Below, one piece after another: positions 38,397 to 50,300 of a stretch of 64,000 nt of DNA. Numbering within the stretch: position 1 is the first letter of the stretch; each line of letters opens with the position of its first letter. The notes below the pieces were generated by a model, which searched no databases, was not told the DNA's origin, and was given only the letters and a program-made list of their open reading frames with translations. Source of the stretch: Rhizaria sp. SCN 62-66 (Eukaryota); NCBI GenBank assembly GCA_001724265.1, contig MEDY01000042.1, forward strand, positions 62,001 to 126,000, in the 5' to 3' direction. The translations under genes and the position numbers were made by a program.

Positions 38397-41300
38397 GGAT
38401 GAATGATATGCACCATGCTGACGACGACGCCCCCGACTACGACTCGAGTCTCGAAGACGACGACGAGGACGCTGATGAAGGCGATTATCACGACTATGAT
38501 GATGCGATAGAAGGCGACGCCAATGATGGCCATGCGCTCGTCGTTCGCGGCGTTCGCCCTCCTCGCCCTGCTGGTGCTGCTGCTGCTGGTGCTGCTAACG
38601 GTGTCGCCGCCGCCCCTGCGGTTGATGGCGCTGAGAACGAGGAGGAAGAGGAGGAGGTCGGCGCTGTCGATCCTGAGGCTGAGTCTGAGTCGGAGGACAA
38701 CGGCGACGGTGCGGATAACAATATCGCCGCGGAACCTGTCCCCTTCACGCCCGACACCGACTCCGCCAATGCAGAGGCTGTTGAGCCTGCTGTGGTCACG
38801 CGCCCCGCATCTCTCTCCGCGACAGCGCGCCCCTTCATCCCCCTGGTTCTTCCGACCGCAGTGTCGAGCGTCGATGCCGCCGCACTCTCTGCCTCTGGGC
38901 TCACACACACTGCCAGTGGCGGCGCCTCGGCGTCCGCTGCCGTCGCCACGGGTCTCACGGCCGCGCTGGTGACCGCGCTGTCGAGTGCGAATCACCCGCT
39001 GTCGTTGTCGTGGCGTTCAGACCGTGGCTACCACGCCTGGGAGCCCGGGTACAAGCGCCACTGGTACGAAGGCACGCGAATGACAGTGGCTCCCGGCTCA
39101 CTGACGCCGCTCGTTGACGACCTCGCGTTCGCAGGCGCGGATGTGCGCGAGTGCGTTGCGCAGCAACACCGCGACCTCGCGACCACGCTCTTTACTGCTG
39201 CTGCTGCGGCCCGTCACGTTGCTTTGAGTGACTCCGAGGAGAGCAAGGAGCCTGAGAGTGAGTCGGCCGCTGTGCGCGACGTTTACGCGCACGCAGACGT
39301 GCTGCTGAATGGTGCGCGTCCCCCTGCGACCGGCGTCTGCTCTGTTGTTCATGGGACATATGGTGATATCGCCACTGCTTCCTCGACGCTCCCGCTGCCT
39401 CTGATTGAGACAGAGACGTACGACCACGTGTTCGCGCGCGCCAACACTCGCGCCGCGCACTGCGTTGTCCCCGCGACTCAGAGCTTCTCTTCCGTCACTG
39501 GTGGCGGAGTCAACAGCAGCAGTGCGAATAGCACGACCCCGCTTAGTGCCTACTGGGCGCTGTACGTCGCGACTTCTGTCGCTGCGCCGACGGCGTGGAG
39601 CGCTCGCGTGCCCACCCCCGCGACGGTGCTCGCACTTGCCGACACGACTCTATCGCAGCCGCGCGCCGAGCGCCTGCCAGCGTCCGTCGTGCGCAGCATG
39701 CTCGTTGCTGCCGCCGCGGTACTCGCGCACTCCGGTGTGTGCGACGACGCGGCCATCGTGGCGACTGTGGAGCGCAACACCCTCGCCCGTCACGCGCGCG
39801 AGTCTCTCATGCGTCTGCAGGCGCGCGCCACGTGGTCCGGTCTCAGCGTCGCGGCACTCTCCGGAGCTATCGGCCACCGTCACCCGGCGACGTCTTCGCC
39901 TGCCGGTGACGACATGATCACTTTCTCGCGGACGCTTCTTGACCCGCGCACGATGAGTTCGTTCTTCAACTCCACGATCGAGGCTGCTGTGCTCCGCGGC
40001 GGTCCTCCGCCCGAGTCTGAGATGGAGCCTATTTCTGGTCGTGGCAGCAAGGGTATGATCACGTACACTGCCGCCGCGCGCCCTGTTGTGGCCGTGGCGC
40101 CCGGTGTGACTGGCGCGGTTGACTTCAGCCGCGGTCGTCTTGGCCCGCTGCATCTGGCGGCGCAACACGAGGCCACTGCGGCCGCGCTTGAAGGCACTTA
40201 CACGCGCCGGGCGCGCACTGTCGCATGGGCTGCGTTCAAGTCGATTGCGATGCGCTGCTTCCAGGCCATGAGCAAGACGAACGCCAAGAGCTCCGACACC
40301 GTCGCCGGTGTGCGCCACAGCGACGACACGCTCAGTGCAAGCGAGATCGCGGACTGCTGCGCGTTCGTTCTGCGCACGCTGACGACTCAGATCACGCGCG
40401 CGACGGCGCAGGCCGTAGCGCACGCGCGCTGCCCGCTGCGTGTGTCTCTCGCCGCGGCCGCGCAGGAGCACCTGCTGCAGTGCCTCGCCACGCTCACCGC
40501 CCTGCTCGCTGCCGCTGGCCCGGCCGCGCGCGCGCCCGCCTTCTTGGCGCGAGCCGGCGCCGCGGACACTGCGGCCGCGGTCGCGGGCGTGCTGCTCGCC
40601 GACCCCGCCGCCGCGTCCGCCGCATTGTCTCCGCAGACGCTCCGCGTTGCCGCTCGTCTCGCGCGCTCCTGCCTGCTCACGGTCACCCCGGCCGCGGTTG
40701 CGCGCGCGCTGACTCGGGTCCCGTCCGTGCTCGCTGCGCTGCTGCCGGAGATCCCCACGGGCGCCGCGCTTGTCTCTAAGCTTGTGGCGCGCGCCGGCGC
40801 TTCTTTGGACTCTAGCGCACTGACCGCGCCGCCCGCTCTGCCGTGGCCGCTGCCGTTCGGCGGCGTTTCCCCTGCCGCACTTGCTGCGTGGGCCAAGACA
40901 GTGCAGTTGGCTCCGGACACGCAACAGTTGCTTTCCGCGTTCAACACTACGCTGACGCTCATCGCGACACCGAAGCACATCGACGATGCTGATTCAGCTG
41001 CCGGCGCTGACTGTGAGGCTGTTGTTGTCGGACACTGGACGCAGGCGACCGCGACGACAGAATTTTGGTGGGGCATTCTCAACACTCCTGCACTGGCGCA
41101 CCTTGTCTACGCCAGCGGTTTCCTGCCCTCGACGCCCATTGAGCAGCTTATCTCCGAGCGCAACAGGCGGCACGCGGCGCGAGTCCGCCAGCGCGCAGGC
41201 CCCGCTAAGGTCGCGCTGCGCAGCGCGCGCGGTCCCGTGCTGCTTGATCCGGCGATGAGCGTGACGTCACGCGTCGGCTTCTCGTCCTGGGTCGGCGAAG

Positions 41301-44300
41301 TGACCGTGAGCGGCGGCATCTGGGCTTACCAGGCCACGGTGCTGTCGATGCGGCGAATGCGGCTGGGTTGGGCTGTGAAGCAGCTCAACATCACGACGGA
41401 GGGACTCGGCATCGGTGACGTCGCCGGCTCCTGGGGCTGGGACGGCTCTGAAGGCAAGTGCTACGACGGCACCGGCAAGAGCCGCCCCACGCCCCGCTGG
41501 ACTGAACGCGACATTGTCACGTGTGTTCTCGATCTTGAGACCCCTGGTGGCAAGATCTACTACTTGCTCAATGGCGTTCAAACCGGCGTTGCCTTCATCG
41601 ACATCGCGGATGCAGTCCGTTCCTCCACTAGCGGCATCGGCCCTGCCGGCTCGCATGTACCCCAGGCCACCGCGCAGCTGATGTTCGACCCGTCGCTCAT
41701 GCAGCGCCCGCGCCCCGCCGCGGTGGCCGAGACGCTCAGCCAGCTCCACGCATACATCGCCGCGGCTCCGCCGCTGCAGGTGCCCCTGCCGCTCGCTTAC
41801 GCAATCGGGCCTCCCGCGCTTGTCGTGGGCTCGGCGGCCGCGACGGAGACATTCAACGCCTCTATGCGCGCATTCGCGCTGCCGCCTAATGCACACCCGC
41901 TTGAGCGCGACAGTGCGCTGCACGACGACCCTGCCCGCGCCGTGCGCGCCGAGAGCATTATGCGCTATCTCTCTATCACGGGCACGGTTGATCTCTACCG
42001 CGGCTCGCGCACGAGCGCCGTCGCCACCGCGCGCACGCTCGCGTCTCGCGGCGTCGCTGTGTCGATCGTCTCGGCTGCGTCCGCACTTGCTCCCGGTGGC
42101 AAGGTTGACTACCAGTCGTGCAACACTCTCGGCAGCCACACCGCGGAGCTTCAGCCTGCCGTGCTCACTGGCGCTGGCGCCGCCGCTGCCGCCGCTGAGC
42201 TGACCGCGCTCTGCAAGGACGCACTCACCGCGCCCTCGCTGCACCGTGACGACGCGCTGCTCGCGTCGCTCGCGCTCCGCCTGCCCGCCGTCGCCGCTGC
42301 CGCACCTGCGGGCACTGACGCCACTGCACCCGTGGCCGGCTCTGCCATCGCGCTCAGCCCCACTGCGCTGCTTAGCCCGTCGATGCTCTCTGGTGCAACG
42401 GCCTCTTGTGGCACGGGCCGCGGACTCGATGCGCTGCTCGACGCTTCGCCTGCTGCGGCGGCAACGCTGCAGAGCTGGGTCGCCTCCCGCACTGCACGCG
42501 CGCGCTGGCAGTCGCTGATGCGCAGTGAGATCACGCGCTCGCTGCTGGCTGACGTTTCCATTGTGTCCGCCTCCGCGACGGCGGCTGCTGCGGCGACTGC
42601 CGATAGCAAGAGTGCTGCTGACAACGCAGCGGTGCTCGAGGCTGGCCGTCGTCTGCTCGCTGCGCTTGCGCTTCTGGGTGGATCCAACGAAGCTGTCCGC
42701 ATCGGTGGACTTGTCTGCTCTCTGCAGAAGACCGCCAGTGCTGCGGCCACCGCGGCTAGCGTTGCGCCGAGCTCGATGCCCAGTGTGCTCACCCGCGCTG
42801 CGTCGACTGGCTCTGTAGCTGCGCTCGGTGACGCCACGCCTCTGCACGTTGGCACTCTCGCCCGCACAGAGTCTGCAACGCGCGGCGCTGCCGCCACTGC
42901 TACCACGCTCGCTTTGACGCGCGCCGATGTCGCGGCACTCGCTGCGGCGTCCGAGGTCGCGCTCTCGCCGCTGCCCGCACGGCTCCGCGCGTTGGCCCAG
43001 CGCGACGCGAGCGTCGTCATCCACGCAGTGCCCGGCGGCTCCACGCTCACTGTTGTCGCGCTTGCTGACTTGTTTGCCGCCGCGCCCGCGCTCTCTGCGC
43101 TTGCGACGCCGCCTGTCAGTGGCGCAGCGGGACTCGCGCGTGCAAACAGCAACCTTAGCATTCTCTCACGCTCTGCGTCTGCGCTCGCGTCACCCCCGTC
43201 AGCTGTGTCCACTGCATCGACTGGCAACAAGCTGCGTGTTCCTGCGGCGTTAACTGGCGCGACACTGTCCCGCTCGCCCAGTGCAATGTCCCCGGGCGCC
43301 GCTGTATCGAGCAGCACCAGCAGAGCGCTTGCCGCGTGCATGCCTCTGTGGTCCCGCCTCGCGCCGCTGCTCGGCCAGCCCGTCACCACCGCCGTTGTTG
43401 ACGCCACTGCAACGAACAATGTGGCGAGTGACGAGAGCTCGGCTGCAGCCGGTGGCCTCACGTCAGTGCGCGTTCACACAGTTGAGCTTGGCTCTGTGGA
43501 GCCGGTGGCGTGGCTCCCGGTCTCTCTGACCGACTTCCCTCTGTCGCCAGAGCTTCTCGAGGCGATGCGCAAGCTCGTCTCACTCTCCTCAGCGTTCGCC
43601 ACGGCCTCCGACGTTAATGCGACCAGCCCCGCGCTCCGCTGGCTCTGCTCCGAGCTCGGCTGGCGCGCGGTCGCTGCACTCGAGGCCCTGTCTTCCGCTA
43701 CGGATCAGACCGACTGCGCCCCGTCCCGCCACTCTACGTCAGCAGACGCTGCTGGCTCCGACTCGGACAGCGACGATGACAGCGACAGCGCGGCCGACGC
43801 GCTCGCGCTCACTGTACGCACACTCGCACGCGCACCGTCCGCCGGAAGTTCCGCTGACTCCGCTGCCGCTGGTGCTGTTGCTGGCTCTGTGCTGGTCACG
43901 CCTGGCGGTCTCGGCGAGCTTCGCCGCACTCTGTCCTCGCAGCAGCTTACTGCTGCCGGCTCATCTGGTTCCGCCGCCGACTCCACGGCAGCCGACTCCG
44001 CTGCTGCGGTTGCAGCGAGTGTGCTGAGCCCGGTGATGCTGGCTCCGGCGCGCGCGCGCTTCCGTGCGATGTGCCGCAGCGGCGCTCTGCTGCGTCGTCT
44101 CGGTCTCGACTCTTTCGCGTCTCCGCGCACGACTGGCATGGTGCGCCGCTTGCCGTTCACCGCAATGACCGGCAACGACGACGACGAGGTTAACGAGCAC
44201 AAGTCCGACGGCGACGATGACGACGACGAGCACGATGACTCTGAGGGGACTCGCTGGATGCGCCCCGCAGCCCTCGCTGAGTCTCTTCTCCACATTGGCC

Positions 44301-47300
44301 AGACCCTGCTGCTTGAGGCACTTCGCTGCCCGCTCGAGCGCTCGCTGGCGACTACCCGCGTTGCCGCTCTTGGCCTCCGCGCGCGCCGCCACGATCTCGT
44401 TACCACGGCTGCGTTGCGTGTGCGTCCCGCTGCAATCACCGTCGCCGACGCCGACAGTAGCGCGAGTGCGGCGGTTTCTTCGCAGTCTCCCGCTGCGAGC
44501 CGCATTGTTGTCAGCACAGCTTCCGCGCCCGTGGACCCCGGCGCTGCTGGTGCTGCGTTCATCTACAGTGACACACCGCTGTCGGTGCTCGCGTACGACC
44601 GCGGCGGCGTTGACGCCGACGACGGACTGGGCATGCTGCGCCACTGGGACCGCCACATCATCCCCTGGCTCTCGCACTACGTCAAGAACAGCTTCAAGGA
44701 GTACGAGATGGCTGACTACTTTGCCCAGTTGCGGTTGCCGCTGCGCCACAACAACCAGGAGGGCGCGCTCGACATCGCTATGCAGCTTTGCGGCAACCAG
44801 ATTCCGACTAACGTGACTTATCCGTCGGACGGACACGACTTCACGGCGCTGCAGTTCGACGAGCTCTCTCTGGGCCTCGCTGTCACGACCACGCCTGCGT
44901 CGGTCGAAACCGAGTCGATCTGGGTTCCCGCGCTCGCTGCCACCGCGGCCGACGGCTCTGTCCCGCTCGGCCGCCCGCCGCGTGACCCCGCACTGTGCTA
45001 CAGCCACCGCGCCAGCGACTTGCTCGCTCGCTCCTCGCTTGTGCTCAGCGCTGTCGGCACGATTGCCGCGCTGAGCCCGCTCACGGGCTCTGCGCTGGTG
45101 CAGTTTGTCGCCGATGACTCTGCACGCCTCGTGCACGTCTGGCTGCCCGCGCGCGCGCTGCACCGCGCCCCCGCTGCCGCGGCCACGAGTCTGCGCGCCA
45201 CGGGCACCGACGTGCGCACGCTCACGCACAGCGACGCAGCGACTGTGGTCGCGGCGCTTGAGGCTGAGAACGCCGCGCTTGCTGCGCTCATCGCGCGCAA
45301 GACCGTGTTTGCACTCATGGCGCGTGCCCCCGTGCCGCGCAACCTTAGCCCTACCGTCGCCGCAAACAACGCCGGTGCTGCAACGGCGCGCTCCGAGTCT
45401 AGCTTCCTCGGCTGGCTGCGCGGCCACTACGGCGCCGAGGCTGTCATGGGCATTGCCCTCGTCGTCGCTGCTGAGGCGCTCGATCTGTCTTCGCTGCCGT
45501 TGCTCGCCGCTGTGCTCGTGTCGCCTCTGGGCCGCGCGCGCACCGTTCCCGCTGTCGTCGCGTCCCCGGAGGCCATGCTGACCTCGAGCGAGCAGTTCTC
45601 GCTCGCGCTCTCGGCTGACGGCGCTGCTGGCGGCGCTGCGTCGACCGCAGCCGCGTTGCTGCGCGAGCGTTTCTCGCCTGACGCCGCGCGCGTGCTGGTC
45701 GAGTTTGAGAACACCGTCGCAGGCGCTCTCCAGAGCGCTGATGACGAAGTCGGTGTCAACGAGGCGCTTTTCGCGTCCGTTGTCGACGAGCTTGCCCAGC
45801 GCACTGGCGCCTTCTTGGCCCGCCACGCGCGCGTCACGAAGCTCACTGTCCCGTCATGCTCATCCAGCAACAATGGGCTCAGTGCCGACGCAGTGTCCGC
45901 TGCCGCTGCGGCTTCCGCCGCGGTCGCGCCTGTCCTTGACATGCCTTTGTCCGCCGCCGCGCCCAACGCCGCCGCAGTGGCCGCGCTCTCTGCCGCTGCC
46001 GCTGGTAACGCCTCCCTCGGTGCATTTGCTGACACCACTGACCGTGCGCCCGCTGGCGTTGTGTTGTTGCCCGCGCGTGCCGCCAAGATCAGCGCCGGCT
46101 CCCGCTTCAGCGTCTGCCGCGACGCGCAGTGCACGCGTGCGCTCGCCTCCGTCGTCGGCGGCTCGTCTCCGGCCGTCGGTCTGCTGCTGGCACCGCTAGC
46201 CGTCCCGCTCACGCAGGCGTGGCTGCACGTCACGCGCCCCGACTCCGTGTCCACCAACGCCGAGGTGCTTGCTGTGCCGTACCCGCCCGCGCTGCCGCTC
46301 ACTCTGTGGGCCGTCGCGTTTGCGCTCTCCCGCGCCGCCGCTGTCACCCCGGCGAACTCCGCCGATCCTGACACTGCGCGCGCCGCGTTTGCGCGCCGCG
46401 GTGGGTTCGCGTTCAAGCTGCTCGCGAGCGTCGTCAACCGCGTGTCGCTCGTTACGCTGCCGCCGTCCCCGGTCAAGGACATTCTCGTCGACTTGCTCAT
46501 TAGCACCATCCGCGGCCTCGCCGCTGACGCCGCCGATCTGCCCGGCGTAGGCGACGCTGACACCGACAGTGTGTCAGTGGCGGTGAATACAGAGGCGCGT
46601 CTCCTCGCGGCGCTCGCGCCCGAGGCTGCGGCCGACGTCGCCACTGTGGCGACTGCGCTCTCTGACCTCGCGACCGAGACGGAGGCACTGCTCACCGTCG
46701 AGACGCCGTCCCTCTCCGCCCCGCCCGCTACCGCCGCCGCCGCTGCGCCTGCCGCCGCGGCTGACGACTCTGACCTGGCCGCGACTGAGACGATGCCCGC
46801 CGACGTGATCGCGCGCGCCGACACAGTGCTGGCCGGACTCGACGGCGTCGCCGAACCTGATGCGCCCGCGCTCGCGCAGGATTACTCCGTCTACTTGCTC
46901 CGCGCACTCGAAGCTGTGGCGCTTGGCAAGGCACTCACGGTCACCACAGCAACTACTACCAGCTCTGTTAGCTCTAGCGCTAGCTCGAGCGCGAGCCCGC
47001 TTGCTGTGGCGTCGCCTTCCCCATCGAAGGCGTTGGTTGAGAGCAGCGAGCCCTCGCTTGCCGCTGCGCCCGCGAACGTCGTGCGCACTGCTCTGCGCCT
47101 GCGGAAGCGCGCTGCCCGCGACAGTGCGCGCGCGGCCGCCGCCGAGGCCGCTGCCAAGGCGGCCAAGAAGGCCGTTCCCGCGATTTGGGCGTGCGAGGTC
47201 TGCACGTTCGAAAACACCCCCAACATGTCTGCCTGCGACATGTGCGGCTCCCCGAAGCCGCTACGCGCTGTGCCGCTCGCATCGGTCTCCGCGGCCGCAT

Positions 47301-50300
47301 CGGTCAACGCCGAGGACCCCGCCGTGCTGGCCAAGGCCGCGGCCCGGCGCGCTGCGGCGTGGGCGCGTCTTGGCGACGACCGTGTTGCTCTGCGCGAGAC
47401 GCTCGCGATGCTGCAGTTCATCGACTCGCACTACGACTCTGCGCGCGCCGATACTGCTCCGGTCCTCGATGCCGCCACGCTCGCCGTGCGCTGGCCCGCC
47501 GCGGCGCGCGTGCTCGGCGCCGCGCTGGATGACATGCGCGTCGGTGTCGTCGAGCGCAGGCTGCTCGTTGTCAGCAACCTCCCCGCTGGCCCCGTCAAGG
47601 CCGTCGAGAGCGCACTGCGCGCCGCTGTCCGCGCCGCCGCGGGGCTTAGCGCCGGCAGTGGTGGCCTCACGGCCGTCGCGACCGCGCTTGCGGCAGCTGC
47701 GGAGTCCGCGGGCTGCGCCCCCGGGCTTGACGCGCTCGCGCTGAGTCAGACGCTGCTGTCTGAGGAAGCGCATGGCGTTGATCTCGCGCGCATTGTCCAC
47801 ATCTATGACGAAGATGACTCTGCTGCGTCAAGCTCCTTGGCGCTCACTTCTATCACTCCCGCGCCTTCGTCGTCATTGACGTCATCGTCAGTCAGCGCAT
47901 CGCCTAGTGTGGCCAACGCTGACCCCACGATGGTGGTCGTCGACAACTCGCCCGACCTACTGCGCACCTTCGTCCCGTCGCACCCCGGCGACAGCAACGG
48001 CATCTTCGCCTGGCTCGGCACGTACGCCGCTGCCGCGATTGCCGCCGACGCCACGTCCATCACGCCCCTGCAGCGCACGCTCGTCATGAGCCGCGCGTCC
48101 AACACCCCCGCGCTTAACACCGCGCTCGCAGACCCGGCGGCAGACCTCGCGGACCTTTGGCGCTGCGGTGCCACGCCCGTAGCGTTCGCGTCGGAGCGCC
48201 CCGCGGCCACGGTGTCCGGCGAGAGCGGCGTCGTGGTGCTGTCGGAGCAGTTGCGCAGCACGATCGCGGCGCTACCCGCGGTGCCCGGCAACGAGCGCGC
48301 GTCCGCTGTCATTGCCACGCTGCGCCGCGCAGGTGACGTTCACGCCGCCTTTGCGCCGGCGTACGGCCCCGCGTTCGCTGCCGCCATCGCCGCGCTGCTC
48401 CGCATGTTCGCCCAGTCGATGCTCTCTGCCAAGACTAGCTCTGACGACTCCACGAACACCGCCGACGCCAACGCCAGCGCGAATGTGAGTGATGGCCCGA
48501 CGCCGCGCGAGATCCTGGCTGCGCTGCGCAAGGCCGCGGACGCCGTGAAACTGCGCCGCGCGACGCTGCGCAGCACTGTGCACGCGTGGCTGGCCAGCAT
48601 CCCCACGGCCAAGGGACTCGCGGCGCGCTGCTGCCAGTTTGTCGACGCTGCCGCGGAGGCCTCGCGCAGGGATATCGCGCTCATCACCGCGCTCGAGACC
48701 GTCCTGCTCGGTGGCTGCAGCGTGACGCGCGGTGCTGACGCAACTCCTGCGTCGACTACGGCGTCGACTACGGCATCGTCGGTTGTTGGCAGACTCGGTG
48801 GCGTTCTTGGGCGTCTCGTTTCGAAGCTGAACCTCACTCCTCGCACCGCTGACACGTCGCCGCTACAGTCTCCCTCTGCGGAGACCGTCGCGGCCGAGCT
48901 CGACAAGGGCGTGCCCGCCGCGTTCAACGGTGACGTCGGTGCGTGGGACAAAGACACCGCGATGCAGCGCCGCCCCTGGTGCAACCCCGTTCTTATCCCG
49001 GCCTCTGCGCTCTCCATCGCGACCGTGCTCGAGCGCTCTGTATCCGGCATCTACGCGCCCCGCGAGTCTGCCACCACTGTGGGCGCTAAGTCGCCCGCAA
49101 GCCGCCGTCGCAAGACCGTCTCGCCCGCGGTCGCCGCGAAGCGCGCGCTGAACACGCTGCTCGGCATCGCTGAGGGCGAGTCGCTATCCTCGCCCAAGCC
49201 GACTAGCGCAAAGAAGACAACTGCAACCCTCAAGCCTGACGCGACCAACACGGCGAAGAACCCCCAGCTGGACGGAGTCGTGCCGCTCGTTACCGTAACG
49301 TCCTCTGCGCTGCACGCGTCGTCGGGCCCGCTGACGGACCTGCTTGCCCGCCGCCCCGTGACTGTGCGCGTGCACGGCTCGAACCTCAACTGGCTCGTCT
49401 TCACCATCGCGGGCCGCCGCGTCGCCCCCGTCGCGTACACGCTCCGCGCGCCCGCCAACACGGCTGTACAGGCGCCGCGACAGTGGACACTCGAGGGCTC
49501 GCAGGACGGTGGCCGCACGTGGACGCCGCTTGACACGCGCTCGCAGCCGCTGCGCCCCTGGAAGGCTGGGGACTCGCAGACCTTCTCGGTGCTGCCCACG
49601 GCGCCCGTGCCCTTTGGCGCGCCTGTTGGCGCTGTGACGGCTCCCACTCTCACGACGACGTCGTTCACTCACCTGCGTCTGTCGTCGAGCAAGGACTTCG
49701 GGGTCGGTGGAATCGAGTTTTTCGGAACCTTGGTCCCCACGGCGCCCGCCAGCGAGCTCCACACCTCGCGCCGGTGCGCGATCATCGAACTGACGACTGC
49801 TGATGTGTCTCGTGTCGCGCAGGTCGCGCGCGCAATCGGCGCTATCACTCTGCCGGCGTATATCCCCACTGTTGTCGGTGACAACACGGCTAACTCCAAG
49901 ATCGCCGCGACTGTCCCACTTGTGGTCCGCAATGTCGCGCTGCCGACTCACCTCGGCGAGCAAGACCTCGCCCGCGCGTGGCACTACACCAGCAGCCACA
50001 ACAGTGCTCGCCCCGGCGCTGCCATGTCCGACAGTGACTCTGTCACCAGCGACAGCGAGACTAACAGTGCCGTTGTCACTGCGGAGGTTGCGGCCGCTGC
50101 GATGGTCACCGCCCTGGCCCCGCCCTCAAACCCCAGCAGCGGCGAGACCCCCGCGCCCGCAACAGCCTCCGAAGCCTCCGCTGCCGCGACCGCTGTGCTC
50201 GCAGCCTTCTCCCGCGCCACGGCCAACGTGCCCAACGCTGGGACGAAGCCCGCCGTTCTTGACCCCGCTGCGAACGCAATCGTGCCTGCCCCCGGCGGTG

